A stretch of 7,593 nucleotides of DNA from Octopus sinensis (Eukaryota): positions 1 through 7,593 of the forward strand of contig NW_021828839.1 in the NCBI RefSeq assembly GCF_006345805.1. Direction: 5' to 3'. Below are positions 1 to 7,489 of the stretch, piece after piece. Each line of letters starts with the position of its first letter. Position 1 is the first letter of the stretch. The notes below the pieces were generated by a model, which saw only the letters and a list, made by a program, of their open reading frames with translations, ran no database searches and was not told where the DNA came from. Both the position numbers and the translations under genes were made by a program.

Positions 1-28
1 TATATCTAACGAATATGTTTGTGTACGT

Positions 29-253
29 TATATATGCATATGCATATTTGTGTGTATAAGTATATACATATATATATATATAAATTATATGGAGATTGTT
101 ATACGAATATTTACATGAATATATATATATGTTTTGTGTGTGTGTATGCATGTATGCATGTATGTATGTATATATGTATACATGTATATATATATGTATG
201 TATGCATGTATATATATTATGTATATGTAAATATGTATATATATATATATATG

Positions 254-292
<39 letters not shown>

Positions 293-313
293 GTATATAT
301 GTATGTATGTATA
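29..313. repeat. Compound (TA)n/(TATG)n microsatellite
   Basis: Direct inspection. Confidence 0.9.
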
Positions 314-564
314 TAATTCCTCAGACGCCTTGCGATGTAGCAACATACATTAAATACATCAGTAAATAAGATCCGAGATGAGTGAGGATTCAGAAACAAG
401 TAACATGTACAACCACAGCCAGGCTCCATGTGGCAAATGGCAAGAAACGACTGACATTATGTATATATATACACACATATATATATATATACGTGTGGGG
501 ACTCTACAGAGAGGGAGACATGACGGATGTTGAATGACCGCAGCTTTTGAAAACGGTATCCGGT

Positions 565-766
565 GGGTCGCGTGACCCCGAAGCCCTGCGCGGTGTGTGG
601 TGGTGGTGGTGGTGGTGGTGGGGCGGGGTTGACACATGTACATGTGGACCTTGTGGGTCCCACGCATGAACATTGGCATGGGTACATGTTCGCGTGCGCC
701 GTCCTACGCACGCACGCACGCACACACGTACGCGTGCCTCGACACAAGCAAATACGTGCGCACGCG
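565..766. promoter_or_regulatory. Candidate cis-regulatory module: CpG-rich cluster of class C, class B E-box and N-box motifs
   Basis: CACGCG on either strand at 569, 691, 731 and 761. CACATG/CATGTG pair at 633-646. CACAAG at 743. Motif matches only. Confidence 0.3.
598..620. repeat. (GGT)n
   Basis: Direct inspection. Confidence 0.9.
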
Positions 767-812
767 CGAATTTACTTACATAACAAGAATCACACGTTTT
801 TGTTATTCGCTT

Positions 813-857
813 ATTTCTTTCTTTCTTTCTTTCTTTATTTATTTATTTATTTATTTG
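813..857. repeat. (TTTC)n/(TTTA)n
   Basis: Direct inspection. Confidence 0.9.
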
Positions 858-968
858 TGAATTTGGAAAATATGGCGATTCTGTATTTTTGTACTTTTTT
901 TTTTCGTTTGTTTAACACATTCATTGCTTGATTTTAAATTTTCATGCGCACTCATCTCTGAGTGCGTA

Positions 969-1450
969 TACACATAAACACACACACATACACACACACA
1001 TACATACACACATACATACACACATACACACACACACACATACATACATACATACATACATACATACATACATACATACATACATACATACACACATACA
1101 TACACACACACATACATACATACATACATACATACATACATACATACACACATACACACACACATACATGCATGCATGCATACATACATACATACATACA
1201 TACACACATACATAATACATACACATACATACACACACACATACATACACACATACATACACACATACACACACACATACACACACACATACATACATAC
1301 ATACAAACATACATACATACATACATACATACATACATACATACATACATACATACATACATACATACATGCGTACATACATACACACACACACATACAT
1401 ACATACACACATACATACACACATACACACACACATACATACATACACAC

Positions 1451-1481
<31 letters not shown>

Positions 1482-1514
1482 TACATACATACACACACAC
1501 ATACATACACACAT

Positions 1515-1545
<31 letters not shown>
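969..1545. repeat. Long compound (CATA)n/(CA)n microsatellite, about 580 bp
   Basis: Direct inspection. Source of the HTYI and VCMY ORFs. Confidence 0.97.
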
Positions 1546-1969
1546 ATATCCAGGAGCAAAAAAATGAGCTACCGACAGCTGCTCAACAACAACAGCCTCA
1601 AACTCAACAATACTCAGGCTGAGTGCCGGACTCAACTTCAGCGCTGGTCTAACATCTCGGACGGGGCCTAGTCTTGGCCTTGCTTAACTCAGGACAGCAA
1701 TTCTGTCAAAGAGACGAGCAGTAGAAAAACGTCCCAGATAAACGTCATTTATACCTCCTCACAATCAAGGAATCTTTGCATATTTCGCAACCCCCAGCAC
1801 TTGTTTGCGTATCAATAGCCGAACCATACCGAGCCCTCAATACAGAAGGGTGTTGGGGGATGCCTGAACAGTTATGATGCGTATCTGCTGCTAAAAATAA
1901 CAATGTAGACGCTTCGAACTGGTTAAGTAAGAACTGGGGTATGACATGACAAGCAGACGATAATATATA

Positions 1970-2208
1970 TCTATTTCTTTACTACCTACAAGGGGCTACA
2001 CACAGAGGGGACAAACAAGGACAGACAAAGGGATTAAGTCGATTAGATCGACCCCAGTGCGCAACTGGTACTTAATTCATCGACCCCGAAAGGATGAAAG
2101 GCAAAGTCGACTTCGGCGGAATTTGAACTCAGAACGTAGCGGCAGACGAAATACCGCTAAGCATTTCGCCCGGCACGCTAACGTTTCTGCCAGCTCCTCG
2201 CCGCCTTC
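1970..2208 (-). mobile_element. Full-length tRNA-derived SINE (family A) with target-site duplication
   Basis: Minus strand has an A-box-like TGGCAGAAACGTTAG (2192-2178), a B-box GAGTTCAAATTCC (2130-2118) and a central domain shared with the copies at 2870 and 5775. Flanked by the identical 17-mer GCAGACGATAATATATA at 1953-1969 and 2209-2225. Confidence 0.9.
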
Positions 2209-2869
2209 GCAGACGATAATATATAAGGATGCGATGTACGCATTCGATCCTTCTTGCAACCTTTCAGGATGGCTTCTCAGTCTATTTCTGTCTGGGACAG
2301 GAGACCCTGTTTATAACTTTATCCTATTTTGAAGGTCAAAACAAGTGGTTCTCAACCATTTTTCTTTCCTATGGACCCTTCGTTTCTTGTTTTACTCTAC
2401 CGGACTCATAGCCATTCACTGTATATAAAAAAAAAACATCCTATTATATTTTCATGATTAAATATTTTTAGGAATTGTTTAAAATTTTTTTTTAAATTTG
2501 TGAATCGAAGAAGTGTAACCAAATTATTGCAAATAAATGTTAACGATAAAGTCTTATAAGGATTGTCAATCACTGGTCTAAATCAAAGACCCCCAAACAT
2601 CGTAAATAGTCCACGGGTCTAGCGCCTTACGACGCTGCCCGGCCCCCGGACTTATTTCTCCATAGGCTGAGCTACAAAACCCACCGAAATGTTTCATTTT
2701 TACTCCTGCCACCGTCCAGCATTTTCTTTAGAAACGGTACCGGCTGAGCCCTTGAAAAATATATATATATATATATCATATCGAATGAAACCGTTCTTCA
2801 AATTTAAGGATTTGTGCCTTTCCTATAATGTGTTTGTGTGGAAAGAGGGTGAAGGGGGGAAAGAGGCTT

Positions 2870-3016
2870 TGTTGCGAAGAAAGTAGAATCGTTAGCGCAT
2901 CGGACAAAACGCATTTCGGGATTTCTTCCGACATTTTATATTCTGGGTTCAAATCATGGCGAGGTCGACTTCGCAATTCATCCCAGAATTGCTCCTTTGG
3001 ATCCTAATTCAAAAAC
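2870..3016 (+). mobile_element. Degenerate, internally deleted family A SINE
   Basis: 2941-2983 matches the reverse complement of 2092-2134 at 34/43. 2883-2940 aligns to the tRNA-like head. 2981-3016 loosely resembles the 3' tail of the 5775 copy. The central domain is missing. The 5' boundary is approximate. Confidence 0.7.
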
Positions 3017-3017
3017 T

Positions 3018-3099
3018 ATCATCATCATCATCATTTTTATTCTTATTCTTATTCTCATTATTATTATTATCATTGTTATTATTATTGTTATTATTATTG

Positions 3100-3153
<54 letters not shown>

Positions 3154-3155
3154 TA
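3018..3155. repeat. (ATC)n/(ATT)n tract abutting the acceptor of the 3164 exon
   Basis: Direct inspection. Confidence 0.95.
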
Positions 3156-3163
3156 CATTGCAG

Positions 3164-3212
3164 GTCGCCGTCAAATAATTGCCAGGTCACAGACAGGAAA
3201 AAAAGACGCGGG
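3164..3212 (+). CDS. hey: Hey bHLH-Orange TF, internal coding exon (equivalent to exon 2): (x)SPSNNCQVTDRKKRRG
   Basis: Acceptor ttgcag (AG 3162-3163) and donor GGG|gtaagt (3213). 49 nt, phase 2 in and phase 0 out. Encodes RKKRRG, the start of the Hey basic region with the Hey-diagnostic Gly where HES proteins have Pro. Joins the next exon in frame. Confidence 0.9.
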
Positions 3213-3352
3213 GTAAGTTCAACCGGCCCGGGGGTCTATCATCATTTTAATAAAACTATTGCCCGTGTGGGGTAGATACATGCATATGTGACTATACATG
3301 TATATATGTGTGTGGGTGTGTGTGTAGTTGGAAAATATTATACATATTCTAC

Positions 3353-3510
3353 AGGCGTGGCTGTGTGGTAAGAAACTTGCTTCCCAACCACATGGTTCTG
3401 GGTTCAGTCCCACTGCGTGGCACCTTGGGCTAATGTCTTCTACTGTAGCCTCGGACTACCCAAAGCCTTGTAAGTGGGTTTAGTAGACGGAAGCTGAAAG
3501 AATCCCGTCG
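3353..3510 (+). mobile_element. tRNA-derived SINE family B (CORE-SINE-like)
   Basis: A-box-like TGGCTGTGTGG (3358), B-box-like GGTTCAGTCCC (3411), then GTGGCACCTTGGGC..TGTCTT, which resembles the CORE/MIR motif. 122/143 identity to 5341-5483. TA-rich tail follows. The CORE label is inference. Confidence 0.85.
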
Positions 3511-3726
3511 AATTTATATATATATATAATTATTTGAGGGAATATTATTCCTAACTTACAGGGAAAAATTCAATTTAGAAATACTAAATCAAATTTCACA
3601 AAATATAAGATATATATATATAAAAATTAGAAAAAAATCACGTTTTATCAATTCAAAATGAAAAATTAAATTACACCATCTTGAAAATTACATATAATAG
3701 AAATATTAAAAATAAAATAACAATAA

Positions 3727-3745
3727 TATATATATATGTGTGCAT

Positions 3746-3776
<31 letters not shown>

Positions 3777-3795
3777 TGTGTGTGTGTGGTGTGTG
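3727..3795. repeat. (TA)n/(TG)n
   Basis: Direct inspection. Confidence 0.9.
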
Positions 3796-3968
3796 TTCAT
3801 AGTTATCTCCGACCAGTCAGTCGTTCATGATGGACCATTCTTCCAGTGCATTGAGAACGACGCCATTTTCTAATGCCAAGCTTTTCTCATCTTTGATCGT
3901 TTCATAAACATTTATCATAAAGATATTTTGGTTTGCCTCTTGAGAATATTGTTTACTTTCTCATTTTC

Positions 3969-3969
3969 T

Positions 3970-4002
<33 letters not shown>

Positions 4003-4052
4003 ATATGTATGTACGTGCGTATGTAAGTATGCACGTATGTGTGTATGTGTAT
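3969..4052. repeat. (CA)n followed by TA/TATG low-complexity sequence
   Basis: Direct inspection. Confidence 0.85.
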
Positions 4053-4319
4053 ATAAGATTGTCTATCGTTTGTTTAATCATATTTAATCAATGTTTAATT
4101 ATAATTCAAGAGTTTTAAATGCTAGACATTGAACAGACAATGAAATGTGTCCATTGTTTCCGCCATTTTGTATATATGGAAGTGTTGCAATTTTCTCCTT
4201 TTTCTTTTTATTTATTATTTTTTTTTTTTTGTCATGTTAGATATTTGTTGTCTGAAGAAGCGCTACATGCTCATATGTACGAATAAGAAACACATATACA
4301 CAAATATAAGAAAATAAAA

Positions 4320-4395
4320 TATATATGCGTGTGCGTGTGTATGTATGTATGTATGTATGTGTGTATGTGTGTATGTGTGTGTGTGTGTGTGTGTG
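4320..4395. repeat. (TATG)n/(TG)n
   Basis: Direct inspection. Confidence 0.9.
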
Positions 4396-4629
4396 CATTG
4401 CTATACAGCACATACAATAAGCGCACGCGCCCCCGTGTGTGTGTGTGTACGTGTGTGAATTAAGTGGGTGGGTTTGTATATGATTGCAGTACGTGGTCCT
4501 GCGCGCGCACCAGCTCCCCCCCCTCCACCACCACCACCCCTCCACAACCCCCCCACACACACACACAAGAAACGCATTCAGCAGATTAAGAAGAGCGAAA
4601 AAGTAATTGAAGGAGTGCGGTTGAACCGA

Positions 4630-4641
4630 TATATATTATTT

Positions 4642-4689
<48 letters not shown>

Positions 4690-4762
4690 ATATATATATC
4701 ATATGCACACACAGAGATATACACACATGCACACACACACATATACACACACACATACATAC
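4630..4762. repeat. (TA)n then (CA)n
   Basis: Direct inspection. Confidence 0.9.
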
Positions 4763-5048
4763 ATGTTCCTGGTCCGCGTGCACACACGATCATCCCTTAC
4801 ACGGTCACACAGAGTTTTACGTAATAAATTACACAAGGCGATTGTCAGCCGCAACAACAGAGCCACCGGCTTCGACAGTCACCTCGAACAACGAAACCTG
4901 TGTTGCGCCGTCGTTGCTTCTATTAAATAATATCAAAAGATACTCCGATCCACGCAGCAAATGTAACCGGGCTACGCTTTATTGAACACAGTCAATGAGC
5001 CTGAATTTCATCAGTCGGCCTTCCTTCTCATTCCAGCAACATATGTAT

Positions 5049-5143
5049 GCACACACACACACACACACACAACACACACACACACACGTATATAGATACT
5101 TATATACAAATATAATAATTATATGTGTGTGTGTGTGTGTGTG
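5049..5143. repeat. (CA)n and (TG)n tracts separated by an AT-rich spacer
   Basis: Direct inspection. Confidence 0.85.
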
Positions 5144-5281
5144 TCGGAGCACCCTCCCGAATTATTATTAAATTTTCATACCTTTGCTTGCTTCACCTGT
5201 CACCTTAGAATGCGCGTACGACGTCTGTCTGTGCGTAGTCATACATAATATATACATGCACACTCGCTCGCACACACACAC

Positions 5282-5284
<3 letters not shown>

Positions 5285-5340
<56 letters not shown>
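5285..5340. repeat. Perfect (TG)28
   Basis: Direct inspection. Confidence 0.95.
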
Positions 5341-5341
<1 letters not shown>

Positions 5342-5480
5342 TAAGAAGCCTGCTTCCTAACCACATGGTTCCGAGTTCAGTCCCACTACGTGGCACCTTG
5401 GGCAAGTGTCTTCTACTATAGCCTCCGGCCGACCAATCCCTTGTGAGTGGGTTTAGTAGACGGAAACTGAAAGAAGCCCA

Positions 5481-5483
<3 letters not shown>
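5336..5483 (+). mobile_element. tRNA-derived SINE family B, second copy. 5' end merges into (TG)n, with a (TA)/(TATG)n tail to about 5588
   Basis: Ungapped 85% identity to 3368-3510. Contains GTGGCACCTTGGGCAAGTGTCTT. Confidence 0.85.
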
Positions 5484-5528
<45 letters not shown>

Positions 5529-5588
5529 GTGTGTATGTATGTATGTATGTATTATGTATGTATGTAAATATATATATATATATATATA
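5484..5588. repeat. (TA)n/(TATG)n SINE tail
   Basis: Directly follows SINE B copy 2. Confidence 0.9.
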
Positions 5589-5589
5589 T

Positions 5590-5750
5590 GGTTGAAATTT
5601 ATAGAAAAACAAAAGACGGAGGCAGGTGTATGAACGACAAGCAAGTGTATTAGTTTGATGCTTGGGAAAATGAAAAAGCCTTTTACGTTTCGAGCCTACG
5701 CTCTTCAGCAGAAAAGAATAAGAGAAAATAAACAGGGAGAGAATGAAAAA
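5590..5750 (-). mobile_element. Possible Penelope-like element or retrozyme-derived repeat fragment
   Basis: Non-simple segment wedged between two SINEs, carrying a hammerhead-like motif with the CGAAACGT signature typical of PLE terminal repeats. No ORF, and the boundaries are approximate. Confidence 0.4.
5679..5716 (-). ncRNA. Minimal type I hammerhead-ribozyme-like motif
   Basis: Minus strand reads CUUUU-CUGCUGA-A-GAGC(GUAG)GCUC-GAAA-CG-UA-AAAGG. Helix I is CUUUU/AAAGG, helix II is 4 bp, and palindromic ACGU stands in for helix III. The core deviates from consensus (C6 and an extra A). Confidence 0.45.
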
Positions 5751-5774
5751 GCTTGTGTGTACATATGCATACAT

Positions 5775-5886
5775 CTTTGCCTTTTATCGTTTCAGGGTCG
5801 ATAAAATAAGTACCAGTTGAATACTGGGGTCGATGTAATCGACTTACCCCTCCCCCAAAATTACTTGCCTTGTGCCATAATTTGAA
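5775..5886 (+). mobile_element. 5'-truncated family A SINE with an alternative 3' tail, followed by (ATT)n
   Basis: 5775-5846 matches the reverse complement of the 1970-2208 copy at 63/72, then diverges into a different tail (cccctcccccaaaattacttgccttgtgccataatttgaa). Confidence 0.85.
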
Positions 5887-5889
5887 GTC

Positions 5890-6018
<129 letters not shown>

Positions 6019-6023
6019 TACAG

Positions 6024-6107
6024 ATTATCGAGAAGCGCCGTCGAGATAGAATAAATAACAGCCTGTCCGAATTGCGTCGCCTGGTGCCAACAGCCTTTGA
6101 AAAACAG
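6024..6107 (+). CDS. hey: Hey coding exon (equivalent to exon 3): [28 protein letters not shown] (basic region, helix 1, loop)
   Basis: Acceptor ttacag (AG 6022-6023) and donor CAG|gtcagt (6108). 84 nt, phase 0/0. Near-identical to the vertebrate HEY1/2 bHLH sequence, with the same exon boundaries. Confidence 0.96.
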
Positions 6108-6228
6108 GTCAGTATTTCAAGTACCCATTGGGGACGTGGGGACAGATTGTATGTTAAGGGAAGGATGGCGATATGTAGAGTTGGTGGAGGGGGTGGTGGT
6201 GATGGTGGTGCTACTGCTACTGTTGCTT

Positions 6229-6243
6229 CTAGTAGTAGTAGTT

Positions 6244-6282
<39 letters not shown>

Positions 6283-6316
6283 TATCAGCAGCAGCAGCAG
6301 TAGTAGTAGTAGTAGT

Positions 6317-6351
<35 letters not shown>

Positions 6352-6352
6352 T

Positions 6353-6411
<59 letters not shown>

Positions 6412-6420
6412 CAGTAGTAC

Positions 6421-6462
<42 letters not shown>

Positions 6463-6533
6463 CAGTAGTACTAGTAGTAGTAGTAGTATCAGCAGCAGTA
6501 GTAGTAGTAGTAGTAGTATCAGCAGCAGCAGTA

Positions 6534-6587
<54 letters not shown>

Positions 6588-6588
6588 C

Positions 6589-6627
<39 letters not shown>
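6229..6627. repeat. Compound (GTA)n/(GCA)n/(GTG)n trinucleotide array in the intron
   Basis: Direct inspection. Confidence 0.96.
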
Positions 6628-6628
<1 letters not shown>

Positions 6629-6763
6629 TTGGTCATGGAGGTCGTAGTGGCGATGGTAGTGGGGTTAGTGGTAGCAGCACTGACCGGACCATTTGTCACC
6701 AATTTTGACCCTCACAGTTTCGATGACTCATTAACTTTCATCTCTTTTTCTGTTCCTCTTCAG

Positions 6764-6836
6764 GGTTCCGCCAAACTCGAAAAAGCCGAGATTCTACAGA
6801 TGACGGTCGATCACTTGAAGGTTCTTCACCAAAAAG
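6764..6836 (+). CDS. hey: Hey coding exon (equivalent to exon 4): GSAKLEKAEILQMTVDHLKVLHQK(G) (loop, helix 2)
   Basis: Polypyrimidine tract plus cag (AG 6762-6763), donor AAG|gtacgc (6837). 73 nt, phase 0 in and phase 1 out. GSAKLEKAEILQMTVDHLK is the Hey helix-2 signature. Confidence 0.96.
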
Positions 6837-6869
6837 GTACGCATATCCTCCCTCTACCTACCTCTCCCC

Positions 6870-6952
6870 GTCTCTCTCTCTCTCTATCTATCACCCTGCT
6901 GCCCCTCTCCCTCTGTCCTCTCTTTCTGTGTGTGTGTGTCTCTCTCTCTCTT
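6870..6952. repeat. (CT)n-rich / (TG)n low-complexity sequence
   Basis: Direct inspection. Confidence 0.8.
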
Positions 6953-7091
6953 CTCTGGATCAAAACCCAAATGTCACGGTTCTACTGCGGTAATCGTGAA
7001 GTTTGCTGTTGTCCAACTTTAGATCAGACTTCGGCAAGATCTAAACTTAGTACAGTGACAACTGTAACTAAATACCACAAACGTTATCTTA

Positions 7092-7092
<1 letters not shown>

Positions 7093-7154
<62 letters not shown>
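7093..7154. repeat. (AAT)n
   Basis: Direct inspection. Confidence 0.95.
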
Positions 7155-7157
<3 letters not shown>

Positions 7158-7269
7158 TAATAAAACACTTGAAAGATTATTGAAAGCTCGTGGATACCTA
7201 AAGGTTACAGGTAGTAACCCGCTACCCACATAAATTGTACCAGGAGTAAGACCAAACCTGAGTCAAATC

Positions 7270-7328
7270 AATGATGATGACAATAATAATAATGATGATG
7301 ATGATGACAATGATGATGATGATGACAA

Positions 7329-7369
<41 letters not shown>

Positions 7370-7382
7370 TGACGATGATGAC

Positions 7383-7435
<53 letters not shown>

Positions 7436-7469
7436 TGACGATGATGACAATAATAATAATAATAATAAT
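7270..7469. repeat. Compound (GAT)n/(AAT)n array just upstream of the last acceptor
   Basis: Direct inspection. Confidence 0.95.
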
Positions 7470-7489
7470 GTTTTTTTCTTCTGTTGCAG

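Noticed and set aside
657-664. CGTGGGAC on the minus strand, near the Su(H)/RBPJ site expected for a Notch target
   Set aside because: It mismatches the conserved GTGRGAA core, has no paired site, and I saw no perfect site in the window.
19-1671. Many overlapping ORFs (HTYI, VCMY and IYIY-rich)
   Set aside because: Translations of (CATA)n, (CA)n and (TA)n repeats, open in several frames on both strands, with no domain content.
1546-1950. Unique GC-moderate segment with short ORFs (MSYRQLLNNN..., ELPTAAQQQQPQ...)
   Set aside because: Short, stop-bounded, with no usable splice sites or recognisable homology. It could be UTR, enhancer or a TE relic, but I cannot support any call.
2057-2332. 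ORFs 2057-2332 (+) and 2077-2259 (-)
   Set aside because: They overlap the SINE and are incidental frames.
2956-3275. Poly-Leu/poly-Ile ORFs resembling signal or transmembrane segments
   Set aside because: (ATT)n translations. Only 3164-3212 is a real exon.
3530-3945. AT-rich segment plus an approximately 40-codon open stretch on the minus strand (QEANQNIFMINVYETIKDEK...)
   Set aside because: Possibly an interspersed repeat fragment, but there is no second copy, terminal repeat or recognisable domain in the window.
4516-4555. C-rich run with G-quadruplex potential on the minus strand
   Set aside because: Low-complexity tract with no independent sign of function.
4630-4700. Self-complementary (TA)n that could form a cruciform
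   Set aside because: Generic property of AT microsatellites.
6072-7183. ORFs 6072-6539 and 6584-7183 as standalone genes
   Set aside because: They are Hey exons read through into intronic repeats. Splice signals and protein homology define the true exons.
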